A stretch of DNA of 64,000 nucleotides from Thraustochytrium aureum. Its lineage: Eukaryota. Within the stretch, counting starts at the first letter, position 1; every line of letters starts with the position of its first letter. Below, piece by piece: positions 34,831 to 47,413 of this stretch. The notes under the pieces were generated by a model that was given only the letters and a program-made list of their open reading frames with translations, did not search any database and had not been told where the DNA came from. The DNA lies in contig BLSG01000238.1 of the NCBI GenBank assembly GCA_012862495.1, positions 72,470 to 136,469 on the forward strand, written 5' to 3'. The translations under genes were made by a program, and so were the position numbers.

Positions 34831-37797
34831 ATGGCAAAGTCCAGGAGCAACAACAAGGGCAACAACAAGAAGGGTGCCAAAAAAAAGAACAAGCAGGGCG
34901 GGCCGCAGGAGGCCGAGCGGGAGGCAGACACGCTGCTGCCAGTGGAGCGAGAAGCGCGCTCAGCCAATGGCAGAGCGCAAGAGCTGCTCGCCACGGCGAG
35001 CTCGCTGGTCGATGAGGTAGACAGCCTCGTATCCTCCTTTGTAGAGCACGGCGGAGCAGTGGCGCAGAACGCGAGTCTGCTAAACCCTCCCTTTACAGCG
35101 GACTTTGGCGCGTTGACCCCCCGGTTCGAGGAGGCGCGCGAGTTGTGCGCGATGGGCTGCTCGGTGATTCGCAAGAACGCCGACCATTTCGGCGCCGTCA
35201 AGCTATTCGCGGACGGGATTGTACAGTACTTGCATGTGGCGCAGTCTCTGCGCGCCACGTGGAAGGACGACCCGGCGGACGGCGTCCGGCTCTTTGACTT
35301 TCAAGGGAGTTTTGGCGAGGAGTGCCGAAACTCGAGGGACGCCCAGGTGGTGCACCAGGTCGCCCTCGCGCTCCGCAACGCGGGGATCGCCCTCTACAAG
35401 CTGGACAACTACCTAAAGGCCGCGCGGTACCTCGACGACTCGAGCAGGTTCCTTACAACGGGGCTCGAGACCAAGACGCACTACTGGAAGAGCGTGGCGC
35501 TCCTGCGCATGGGCCGCTACGTGTCCGCGTTCGAGGCCGTCGAGACGGGGCGCCGCCTCGCCGTCCGCCGGAGACGCAAGTCCCTGTCTGACCGCCTCTT
35601 TCGCAAGAACGCCAAGATGAAGCGCTCCCCAGAGTTTTCCGGCCACCACCGACACTGCCGCCGCCTCTGCGACGAAAAGATCATGGGCTTGTACGACATC
35701 GAGCGGATGTTTTACGAGGACCACCCTGGCGTGGACCACGCGCCTTACAACATCGAGGGCGTGCAGGTGGGCAGCCGCGCCAAGCTAGCCTTGCCGTGGG
35801 GCTTTGCGCGCGGCGCGGCCCCGGCTGGCGATGCCCGAGAGCTGCCGCAGGGAAGCGGGCGCCCGGGATTGTTTGCGCGGCGAGCGTACAAAAAGGGGGA
35901 CCTCGTGTTTGTGAGCAAGGCGATTATGTGCGTTGCCGAGAGCGACATTGACGGTGCCCTAACGGGCAGCGAGCGGCTTGTGCTGCCCTCGATGTGCGAG
36001 CCTCTGCGCGCTGTGGTGGTAGAGCGGAAACGCACGGCTCGGCAGCAGGACCTCCTCAAGCGGTTTTGTGAGTATCTGATCACCAAGAATGGCCGGGACC
36101 CTGGCGAGAAGGACATCCTCGAAGAGACGTGTTTTCATTTTGCAGATGGCATGGGCGCCGTGAACGAAAACGGCGAGATTGACCACGACAAGGTGGCCAA
36201 CGAGCTCATGAAGCAGGAGAAGCTCTGCGAAGAGCTGCTTGGCGAGAAGCTCGACGGGTCCAAGCCGCCAAGTGAGGCGCGTGTCTTGCTCGAATCCTTT
36301 TGCGAGGAGCGCGGCCTGCCGCACTCTGGGCGTACGATCCGCGCCAGGCCAGCGGATCTGGACGCCTACATCGACTATTGCATGCGAGTCCCTGGCGCTG
36401 ACCCCACAGGCGATGCAGTGGTGCGAGCCGCGGCTGAGAACAGGTTCTTCCGGATGGCGCTGGGCCAAATCCTTGCTGGGCGGAACGAGAACGTAAACCC
36501 GCTTGAATTTGGCGCGGACGCCGCGTCCGAAAGTTACGGGAAGAGCTGGAGGCGATCTTGAAGCAGACGCCGAGCTCGGCGACCTCGAGCCCAGCACAGA
36601 ACACGGACGTCGGGGAGGCGCCCAAGCCAGCGCCGCTGGGCGAGGATCCGGAGCGGGCCGTGGAGGCGGCCGCCCCTCCAGGTCCAGGGGCAGGCGAGGC
36701 AGCTGCTAGTCCAGCCTCGCTGTCGCAAACGAACCTGGCCGCTGGTTCTGGTGCCGGCGCGCCGGAACCTCGAACCAACGGGCACGGCGCGGACAGAGTG
36801 CTGGGCGCGTTGGGAACGGGGCTCGGGCCGGGGGAGGGAGAGGCAACTCCGCAGGGCCAGCCTGTTGTGCAGGAGCACGTCGTACGACTTTCGGAACGGG
36901 GCCGAGCTATTCATGGCGAACGACGGATGCCCGCCCGAAGGCGTGCCGCCGCTGTCTTGCTTGTGGCTGCTTCCTGCTTTTCTTAACCACAGCTGCCTCC
37001 CGAACGTAGCGCGGTTTCACTTTGGCCGGCTCTGCTTCGTGCAAGCTCTGCGGGACATCCAGCCGGACGAGGAGCTCAGTGTGTGCTACACGGACGAGGT
37101 TTACAAGCGCGCGGATGTTTTGGAGCGCGAATGGGGGTTTCGGTGCCAGTGCGGGTTTTGCAAGCAGGGCGGCGTGCGTGCGATCGGCAACGTCAACGTC
37201 AGCAAGTGGCGGGACGTGTTTGAGACCAAAGTGTTGCCCCGCTTCGCACCGAGCGTGCCCGCCGCAGTGGCCCTCAAGCACGTCGCCTACGCAGTCAAGC
37301 TCTTGCAAAAGCTCGAGACGCTCGTCACCGAGTGGGCGGGCAGCCTGCCGAGCAGTGAGGCCGCCACGTCGCGCGCGCTCTTCCGCGCAAACTACCAAGA
37401 GCCGTACTACGAGCTCATCGCGGCGCTCGAAAGGCGCTCGGAGAACGAGCTGAGCCTCGTGGCGCTAGAGCTGCGCGAGAAGCGGATCCTCGAGGACCGG
37501 ATCGACCAGTTTGGCCTTCTCACGCTCCTCGCCAAGCGCTATATGACGCTGCTCAACGACCACGACAAGGCCAAGATCCTTTTGCCGATGGAGACCGAGA
37601 TCATCCGCCGCAAATGCCTCGCCAACGAGGCGCACAGCTCGCACAGCTCTACACTGATCTCGAGCACGATGAAGTCTCTGCTGTACACGCTCGACTTTCC
37701 TTCGTCAGAGCTCGTTTCGCACGTGCACGGCCAGCCTGCCGCGCGCTCTCCGGACCACTCGCACTCGCACTCGCATTCTCACGGCCACGCCTATTAG
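34831..37797 (+). CDS. SMYD-like SET-domain lysine methyltransferase with N-terminal TPR-like helices
   Basis: TPR-like LRNAGIALYKLDNYLKAARY...KTHYWKSVALLRMGRYVSA; SET-N GRPGLFARRAYKKGDLVF; SET-C LWLLPAFLNHSCLPN...ALRDIQPDEELSVCY; post-SET WGFRCQCGFC. Frameshifts near 36540 and 36770. The start may lie in the gap. Confidence 0.85.
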
Positions 37798-38390
37798 CAA
37801 GCGCTGGGGCAGGCGCCTGGAGCTCCAGCGGCCCTCTAGAGGAGGCTGATCGGATGTGATTCGATGGACAGGCGCACTGCTTTCGCTGCGCGCCTCGCGC
37901 AGCAAGTCGCACAACTTTNNNNNNNNNNNNNNNNNNNNNNNNNNNNNNNNNNNNNNNNNNNNNNNNNNNNNNNNNNNNNNNNNNNNNNNNNNNNNNNNNN
38001 NNNNNNNNNNNNNNNNNNNNNNNNNNNNNNNNNNNNNNNNNNNNNNNNNNNNNNNNNNNNNNNNNNNNNNNNNNNNNNNNNNNNNNNNNNNNNNNNNNNN
38101 NNNNNNNNNNNNNNNNNNNNNNNNNNNNNNNNNNNNNNNNNNNNNNNNNNNNNNNNNNNNNNNNNNNNNNNNNNNNNNNNNNNNNNNNNNNNNNNNNNNN
38201 NNNNNNNNNNNNNNNNNNNNNNNNNNNNNNNNNNNNNNNNNNNNNNNNNNNNNNNNNNNNNNNNNNNNNNNNNNNNNNNNNNNNNNNNNNNNNNNNNNNN
38301 NNNNNNNNNNNNNNNNNNNNNNNNNNNNNNNNNNNNNNNNNNNNNNNNNNNNNNNNNNNNNNNNNNNNNNNNNNNNNNNNNNNNNNNNGG

Positions 38391-41300
38391 GTGCTGGAGG
38401 TGCCGTTCAAGCGCGTGCTGAAGTATGCGATCAAGTCGACGCTGGGGAGGTACCTGCGGCACGACCTGCGGTTCGAGCAGTTCTGCGTCAACCTGACCAG
38501 CGGGCGCGCCGAGCTGAGCGACATCGACGTGAACACGGAGGCAGTGCACGAGGACCTTGACGGGTTCTTTGAGAGCAGCCCGTTTCGGCTGCTGCGCCTG
38601 CATGTTGGCAAGGTGCTCGTCGAGGCGTTCGGCGGGGACCAAGAGGGCCTGTTCGTGCTCTTGTCGCAAGTCACCGTCGTGCTCGTGCCGCGCACGGCAG
38701 GAGGGCCCGTCCAAGCCGCCGAGCCCGCCGCAGCTGGCCCCGTCCAGCCCCCACCAGCCAGGCGCGACGCGGATGGCGTTGCGGGGTTTGAGCACGAAAT
38801 AGACGAGGAGGACCTGAGCAGGGCTGCATTGGATGGCCTACGGTCTCTCGGGGACTGGATCGAAGAGTACGCCTCCGGTCTGCAAGTGCGGTGCGAGCGC
38901 ATCGCAGTCGTCGTTTGTGAGAGTGCTGAGCTCGGCGAACAAGGAGCCAGGGCGGAGGCCAGCGTGGAGGAGGTCGCATTCGCGGACGTAACCGAAGGGC
39001 AGCGCGGCGGGACTAGGCACAAGCAAATTTACGTGCGGAAGAGCAGCGTCGCCATCGTCACCGCGGACGGCCTGCGCGAGGAGATCGTAGCTGTGAGCGA
39101 CCAGTGCGAAGCGTTTCTGGCGCTGTCGCAAGACGTCTTGACAAGTCTTCGGCTAACGATCCCCTGGGTGCGCGCAGTCGTTGAGCCGCGCCACGTCTGC
39201 GCGCTGGACGGCCTCGCGTCGGCGTACCGGGCAAACGCAGAGGCAGCAAAGAGGCGGCCGTCCTTGCCAGAGGCTTGCGAGATCTCTGGCTCGGCATCTC
39301 CCGCGGGTGGCGCAGACTCTGACGACGACGAGTTTTTCGATGCCAATGAGACGGCCTCGATGTCTGGAAGCATGCTTTCAGTGGCCTCGGGCGCGGACGG
39401 CCACGAAACCGGACCAACGCACAATAATGGCCCCAACGGCCCCAAACAGAGTCCGAACGGGGCCGATGCCCAGCAGACGCGCGCAGAGGGCCAGAGCGAG
39501 AACAGAGACGAGGACCGCGTTGTTAATGCGACGACTGAAACGAGCGGGACGGTGCTCGACATCCAGGTCGAGATTTTGCGGCTGCAAGCAGAGGTGCTTT
39601 ACCTGGACTCTGCCAGCGGGCACAGCACGAGCTTGTTCTCGTCGCGGGACCGCCAGGACGCCGTGTGCGCATATCTTGCAGAATGGCTCGCTGGACCAGG
39701 TCTCCCCGTGGACGGGCTCTCCAAGCTGCCCGAGGAAGTCGCGCAGTCTGCCGTGAGGGCAGCCGGCGAGCGCCTCGTGCTGCGCGCGACGGGAGCCGGT
39801 CTGCGCGCTCGCGTTCAGCCAAGCGCCCCAGTGCGCGCGACGCTCGAGTGCTCTAGCTTTTGCGCCGCCGAGGTGTTGTCAGCGTCGCCGCAAGAGGAGT
39901 GTCAGCGTCGCCGCAAGAGGAGCTGGACGAGGCCTCGTCGCAAGCCTTTGTGCACATGGTTTTGAGCACTGACACGGAAGACGCGTACGCGTGCCGCGTC
40001 GACCTCGTGCACAACACCTCGGTTGTCGTGAAGCTGACGTCTCTCGTAGTCAGCTGGGACAACGCCATGGCAGAGCGGCTCGTGGGGTACCTCCCAGAGG
40101 AGCAGGACCACGGCGACGCTGGAAGCGTCGAGGGCGTTGGCCTCGGTAGCGAGACGGTCAAGGGCTCAAGCCAAAGCGCAGACTTTCGCATCAGCGTCGT
40201 GTCGCCGCGCGCCCTCGTTGTCGTGCGCGTGCCCGAGGGCCTCTCACGCCGCGACAAGTGGAAGCGCGAAGCGCTAGTCCTCGACATGACCGATGTGGAG
40301 GCGCGCACTGACGACGGGTCGGGCGAGCAAGCGTATGGGGCGCTGTCGAAATTCTACGCCCAAATGGAAGCGCAGAGGAAGGTTGCCTGGCACCTTCAAG
40401 TGACGTTTTCGTATGCTCGAGCCACTATCGCGCCTGTTGCAGGGGGGTTTCCGTGCCGTTCGCTCGCTGACAGCAAGCTTTGGGCGCTCACCGTTGGCGC
40501 AAGCGCGCAGCACGCCGGCCCCGGCGCCGCGCCGTCGCTCTCCTCTCCGAGTTTTGCTTTGCCGCGACTCAGCATGAGCGTCCGGCGCCCGCTGGTGGAC
40601 GCCGACGCGGTCGAGCGCGTCTCGCGAGTGGCAGGCGCGAAGGCGAAGGAGTGCCGGCGGGCGTTCAAAACTCGCGTGCACCAGCGCCGAGCTCCAGGAG
40701 GAGACTCGGCTGACGGTTCGGACCCGGCTGGCGATCATGGACTCGAGAAAGACTGCGAGCCCCCGGTCTATGCCGTCATGGAGGCCGTGGCGGCGCACGG
40801 GTTCTCGACCGCCGACACGTCCGTGCGCCTGAGCTGCCCGACCGCGACGATCGAGCTTGACAGGGTGCAGTACCACAGCATGAATGCGACGCTGCAGCTT
40901 ATTGTGGGAAGCATGCCGAGTTTTACTAGACCGAGAAAGGGCGGGGAGCCGGCGGTCTGCGTTGAGGAAGAGACCACTTTTGCGCCGCAGCTGCCATGCG
41001 ATGAGGAGGGTGCCGATGACGAGGCGTTTTGGAGCGCTGGCGACGCCGTTGGCAGGACCGACCTCGGGCTCAGCGAGGGTCTCTGCTCCGACGGGCCTGG
41101 ATCGGACATTGTGGACCCGCGGCGCGCTGCGGGGCTGTTTTTCCAGCTCGAGAGCGACGCGGGCCGCGTCGAGGTTGCCGATACGGAGCGCGGTTGCGCC
41201 TACACGCTCAACTACGCCGGGCTCGCCGTCGCGCTTGTTGNNNNNNNNNNNNNNNNNNNNNNNNNNNNNNNNNNNNNNNNNNNNNNNNNNNNNNNNNNNN

Positions 41301-44300
41301 NNNAACTACGCCGGGCTCGCCGCCGCGCTTGTTGACGCAAAGACCTTGATCGAGTCGCACGATCTGACGCTCGAGGAGGCCATGCAAGGCCTATCGCCCC
41401 GGCCACCGAGGCCAATCATGTACAGCACGAAATGGGGTAGGCACGCGCTTTCGCCCCCGCTCGTGCAGGTTGTCCTTGACGCGGCGCCGCCGGTGGGGCT
41501 CGACACGTCAGCGATCAACATGTGCGTGGAGGGCCTGACGCTTCGGTTCGACCCGCGGTCTACCTGGCTCGCCGACCTGTCCCAGTTCCTGACGAGCCCG
41601 ACTCCGGAAGGCGCCATTTCGATGCCCTCAGTTGCAAGAGAGAGCCTGGCACCGGCGACGGAGGAGCCCGCAGACGTAGCGTACACCGAGCTCACTGTGG
41701 AGTTTTTTGATTCGGTAATCGAGTACCGGCCAGTGACGCGAGACGCGGGCGGCGCTGGCGGCGTCCTTGCGGTGGGCCTTTTGCGGATGTCGTCCAACAT
41801 CGCCTCGCCCGCGGTCCGCGACCAAAGCTACCACCTAACAGCGCGCGACCTGGCGGTCTACCTGACGAACGACTCGCCGCCGTGGGACGTGCGCGACCAG
41901 ATCTGCGCGACCGGCGTGCAGCGCGACCGAGGCACCGCAGCGGAGAGCCCGTATTCTTCTGTGGAAGATTTTTGTGCTGCGATGCTCTACGCCAGAGTGG
42001 CGTTGATGGACATGCTCGAGTTTTTTGTGCGGGTGCGTACTCGAGAGGCAGGCGACGACGCTGCCCCTTTGCTTGGCTCGAACGCTTCGGGACTTTCTGC
42101 GAGCCAGCCGATGCTGAGCTACGAACTCTCTGTCCCGCATCTATCTCTGTATACCTGCTACGACTCGCTTGCGACGCTCAACCAGCTCGTGCAGGACCTC
42201 TCGGCTGATTCCAGCGCGCCTGATGTTGCATCTACGACAACCGGACCGGTTGGAGGCGGACCGGCGCTCGGAGCGCGGCGCTCGAGCGACAGCGAGGGAG
42301 CGGTCGGGACCGAGCAAGGGCCATCGCCGCAAATCGTGCACGGTGCCGACCCAACTCTGGACGCCATCGAGCTGGACGCCAGCCTGAGCGGTCTCCGCGT
42401 CCCTTGTGTGACTGCGGTCGAACGTCTTGATTCAGGAGTGCTTCCTGATGATCAGCTCTCTGGTTCGGAACTGCGGAGCCGGCACGTGTCGCAAGCACCG
42501 ACGCAAGCCGAAGACGGCGGTTTTTTCGTGGATGGATTCTTCTCGGTCGAGCACGTCGCGGCCTCAGCCGAATCTGCCGACGCGCCCAGCGCAGCCTGGT
42601 TTGAAGCTAGCCCAGACTCGCCGGAATCTGTCGATTCCCCATCCAGAGCAAGCTCTGGCGCTGCTGAGCGAGGAGCAGGCGCGTCCGAGTCGGCGCAGAG
42701 CCCACGGGTTCATGCAAGCCCTGAACTCTTGATGTGGGGCGATGTCGCCTCTGGGGTGCAAGAGTTTGAGTTGGACGATATGGACTTTGAACTCGACGAC
42801 CCGGCAGAGGCCGCGGCCGAGTTGCTTGCGGAGCGACAGGTGGAGGAGGACGCCCGGCGCGCAGAGGAGGAGGTTCGTCGCGCCGCCCACGAGCACGCAC
42901 GGATGTTGCGAAACGAGCTCCTGGGCCACAGCTCGGCAGGAGATACTTTGCAGAGCGAGCTCGTGGCTTTCCCAAGCGGGAAGGCGAGGTCAGCTCGGCC
43001 TGAACCGGTCGCGGCCGCGGGGCAGAGTGAGCAGCGCGGCCGCTGGTTCGAGGAGGACGGGGTTCGCATTTATCCACACTACATGGGTGTCCCTTACGAG
43101 GCTGGGCCTGGGTCGCACGTTCCCCCAACTGAAGCGCTCGCTGCAAGGCTTGACGAGCAGGGCGGGCGCGGCGTCGCCCGCGACGGCCCGTGCGAGTGGC
43201 GTCTAGTCGTGCGCGACCTGACTCTCCAATGGTTTTTGTTGGTGGCTGCGACTGGAACGCCACTGCCGAGGCCCGCGAGCGGCACGAGGCGCGGCGCAAG
43301 GCTCGGGGCCGAATGGAAGCGCAGCAGCGGCGCCAGCTCGGCGAGCGCGGCGCGGGCGGCGGCGCAGCAGCGGTGGCGTCTTGGGCGTCCGAGAACGCCA
43401 GACCTGTTGTNNNNNNNNNNNNNNNNNNNNNNNNNNNNNNNNNNNNNNNNNNNNNNNNNNNNNNNNNNNNNNNNNNNNNNNNNNNNNNNNNNNNNNNNNN
43501 NNNNNNNNNNNNNNNNNNNNNNNNNNNNNNNNNNNNNNNNNNNNNNNNNNNNNNNNNNNNNNNNNNNNNNNNNNNNNNNNNNNNNNNNNNNNNNNNNNNN
43601 NNNNNNNNNNNNNNNNNNNNNNNNNNNNNNNNGGGACCAGTATCGCCGACGAAGAGAATCTGTCGAGTTCCGGGGCCAAGGACGGGCCGGGCAACTCTGG
43701 CGGGCGGCGAACGCGGCACCAGCGCGCAGGCCGCTTGAACGACAAGAAGATCGAGGTAGAGTTGCGGCACGTCTCGGCGATCTTGGCGAGCCACTCGCGG
43801 CCCGCCGCGCAGGCGGACGGGCGTGGCGCGTTTGTGTCAAGCAGCGTGGCAGTCTCCGTGCGCGATCTGCACGTGATCGACCACTTGGCCAGCTCGGAAA
43901 TACACATGATGGTCTGTGAGTGGGTGTCGGACTCGCGGCACCCGCGTATCACGGGCTCGTCCATGCTCCGCTTCGGGGCAGAGCACGTTTCGCGACCCGA
44001 GTGGGAGCGCGACTCGGCGCGGATTCTTTTGACGCTGCTGCCTGTCAAGGCCAACTTGGACCAGGATGCGCTCGAGTTCCTGATGGAGTTTCTGTCGATC
44101 GAGCCCCTCGAAGAGGAGGCTGCGGCGGAGAGCGCGCGCGAGGGCTCTGTGGGTGGTGCCGGCCCGGTTGGTGGCGCAGAGGACTTTGGGGATAGTGATT
44201 GCAGCGACTTTGAGGATGACGTCGTGTTTGTGGAGGACACGAGTTGGCGCCTCGACGCGGTCGACATTCGCGCGTTCAAGGTCAGAGTTGACTATCGCCC

Positions 44301-45069
44301 GAAGCGCGTGAGTCTGAGCGGGTTGCTGGAGGGCGACCGGTTGGCCCTCGTCAACCTCTTCGCGTACGAGGGGTTGGAGGTGTCGCTGCGCCGCGTGCAG
44401 ATGCGCGAGGTGCGCGGCTGGTACGACCTCATGCAGCAGCTGCAGGCCTCTTGGGCGGCGGACGTGGGCCGACAGCGACACAAGTGCCTTGCAGGGGTGG
44501 CCTTCCCGCCGATCAACACGATCGCCAACTTGGGTTCGGGGTTGACCAACTTGGTAGCCATGCCGTTGGAGCAGTACCAGCGCGACGGTCGGATCGTGCA
44601 CGGGGTGCAGCGCGGCGCCACAGCGTTTGTCCGCACGGTTGTCGTGGAGGCGCTCGGCACCTTTAGCAAGGCTGCGCAGACCGCGCAGGCGCTTTTCGAG
44701 CACGCCCGCGACGCGCTATCCCCGGCCGGTAGCGAGTCGAATGACGGCGCCTTTGGCGACTCGGCTGCGCTTGTGCGGTATGTCGAGCCGCAGACGGCCA
44801 TGGAGGGTTTCGAGAAGGCTCGGGACGCGTTCACGCGCGAGGCCAAGCGGGCTGCCTTTGTCCTCGTTGCGCTGCCATTCGACGAGTTTCATCGATCAGG
44901 ACCGGCCGGGGCCGTCAAGTTGGCGCTGTGCGGCGTCCCTATCGCCGTGATCCGCGCTGGCCTCGGCGCCTCGATGGCTTTGTCGAGCAGCTTGGTCGGT
45001 TTGCGAAACGCGGTGGACCCGGACGCGAGCGTGGAGGCTCGCCAGAAATTCAAGCAGCCGCACGCCTAG
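38391..45069 (+). CDS. ATG2: Autophagy-related lipid-transfer protein ATG2 (5' end in gap)
   Basis: Chorein-N KRVLKYAIKSTLGRYL...VNLTSGRAELSDIDVN; W.LFGG.DW motif restored by one T near 43239; C-terminal FKVRVDYRPKRVSL...LVNLF..EG..VSL and GLTNLVAMPLEQYQRDGRIVHGVQRGATAF. Breaks at a 23-nt duplication (about 39877-39922) and at gaps. Confidence 0.92.
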
Positions 45070-45698
45070 CTAGCGTGTACGGCGGGTTTGGGGAGGGGGG
45101 CAAGCGCACGAACGCCAAGAGTTGCTTGCGCCCGCACGCGCAAACGAGTCACATTCTCTGGTCCGAGCGAGAGGAGTCGCGCGTCGATACCTTGCAGCCT
45201 CCGCCCCCAAAGCCCAATCCTTGAGCGAGCGTCAGGCGCAAGTCAGGAGCGAGCCGAGTGCCGCTGCTCCCCGCGAGAAGCCCGGAGCCGGCCATTCTAC
45301 CGTAATGTACAAATGACAAAACTACACCAGCAAGAACTGCTGCACCCCATCGGCAGCGCAAATGCGTCTCTACCCACTAGCAGAGCACGCGTTGCCTCGG
45401 GCGCTTGCTGTTCCCGAGCAGCGCACAGCTCCATCGGGTTGGGTCGCGTCAAGTCCCACGTGAGCACCCATGNNNNNNNNNNNNNNNNNNNNNNNNNNNN
45501 NNNNNNNNNNNNNNNNNNNNNNNNNNNNNNNNNNNNNNNNNNNNNNNNNNNNNNNNNNNNNNNNNNNNNNNNNNNNNNNNNNNNNNNNNNNNNTAGGTAT
45601 TTGGACACAGAGGAATGAAGGTACTTGCTCGGCTGACTGTCCTCTGCGCTCGATGCGGTGCCTGGAGAGGGCAGAGCAGCGCTGTGCTGCGCGCCGCG

Positions 45699-46909
45699 AT
45701 GGAGGCCGCATCGGGTGGTCGACGACCTCTGCTGGACGTCGACGGAGAGCACGGCGGCAATGTCCCCGTGATGGAGATGGAGGTGGAAACAAGTGCCGAG
45801 TCCGGGCGGGCCTCGCTTCCGACGCCCCAGCAACGGTCGTCGCGGCGGTCCTGGGCTGCGGGGCGAGAGCGGCTGGCGCGGCCTTGGCGTGGCGGTGGAG
45901 GTCGAAAGCGCTAGCTGCCACGGTGGCGCTGGCCGTGGTTGCGCTGTGCGGGCTTGGGGCTCGGAACGAGGCTTGGCGAAGGCGAGCGGTCTCGTTTGAG
46001 GCAGGGAGCGACCTTCGCGAAGCGCTCGAGGTGGACCCCGAGGCGCTCGAGCCGGCCCACCTCGGACGGTTTCGAGGGCCCGAGTACGAGGCCTGGAGGC
46101 TTGAATGGATGCGAGAGTTCACGCAATGCACGAATCTGGACGAGGTGCTCGCCCGCATCGGCTTTGAGAAGCCAGAAGAAAACCCGTACCCCGCGTACGG
46201 GTACAACACCGAGATTGAAACCGTTCGCAGCTGCTATGTGGTATTCGAGGACGAGGCGAGCCGTGCGGCATGGCAGCGCGGGGCCCGAACCGTGTCTCGG
46301 TACCGGCTGGAGGACGGTCTTCCGCATACCATGTCGAGCCGAAATGACACGCGGTTGGGCCTCGGGACGGTGTTCAAGACGCACGAGCGCGGCTGCGGTG
46401 CGTGCAGCACGCTCGCCTCGTTGGCGACGTACCTTGGTACGCCCGACCTGACAAACCCCGTCAGGTCTTGTAGCTTGAAAGCGACTTCGAAGGCGTCCCG
46501 GGAGTGCTTGGACACGGTCGGCTTGCGAGACGCGTGCGGGTGGATCTGGTTTTGGAACACGCGCAACACGCGCAAGCCAAAGGGCAGCGGCGGATGCCTT
46601 GGCATGTGCATGGCCCGCATCTGGGCGGCAAACAACGACCCGGAAGGGATCATCAACCCGTGCGATCCGACATGGTGCCGGAACACGATCAACGGCAGCC
46701 CGGCGTGCCAACCGTTCCAATGGCAGAACGGGCCGTCGCGGCTCAACGCCTGCCTGCAGTGCGATGAGTGTAAGAGTGGGCCAGTGTTCCAAAAGTTGGC
46801 TGGTAGAACGCGCCGAGCGAGCGGGGTGGACTCTGCGATCCACCGCCCGGACAGCCAGTTGGCCGCAGTGTACCATTACTATGGGCTAACAAGCGCGCCG
46901 AAGCACTGA
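45699..46909 (+). CDS. Uncharacterised Cys-rich protein, probable type II membrane protein
   Basis: ATG 45699 (MEAASGGRRPLL); one-base shift near 45880 into ALAATVALAVVALCGLG (TM). Then THERGCGACSTL, DLTNPVRSC, ACGWIWFWNTRNTR and LNACLQCDECKSGPVFQKLAGRTRRASG..SAIHRP. Confidence 0.75.
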
Positions 46910-47306
46910 CGCATGGGGGTTCGTCGGGTGACCCTGCCAGTGTCTGTATCTTGATCAACAAAGCGAACCCTCTGTATTTGTATTTTAGAGAAACTCGACG
47001 CTCGGAGGCTGACAAGCGCTGCATGTACTGCGTCAACTCCATGCAGTGGCTTGTTGGGCTTGGCCTATCGTCGCCTGGATGCGGCACTACACCCGCGCGG
47101 CGGCGGCGTTCGAGCCCCTGACCAACGTCGTCAACTTTGGGCGGGCAGACGCTGGCCAGACGATGAGATCTCGCGGGCCGCGCAGGCGCCGTGCCGCACG
47201 TTGATTTCTCGCCTTTTGGAAATGGCGGACTCGAGCCAGCTGCTGGAGCGTCTGCAACGGGAACCGGAACAAAACCGTTCGAAGGACCCCCAACGGGACT
47301 GGAGGA

Positions 47307-47413
47307 TTTGGGCACCTTCCTGTTTGTTTGAACATGGGGCGTCAGTCTTTCGTAGGGGTCCTGGGTTTGGGCACCTTCCTGTTTACACATGGGGCGTCAG
47401 TCTCTCGATGGGG
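47307..47413 (-). repeat. Tandem imperfect duplication (59-nt offset) of a 3' splice-site-like segment
   Basis: The minus strand shows GACTGACGCCCCATGT...AAACAG|GAAGGTGCCCAAA twice. Confidence 0.7.

Noticed and set aside
32632..37797. Terpenoid biosynthetic cluster around FPPS
   Set aside because: No terpene cyclase, P450 or other pathway gene is visible; the neighbours are a SET protein and USO1.
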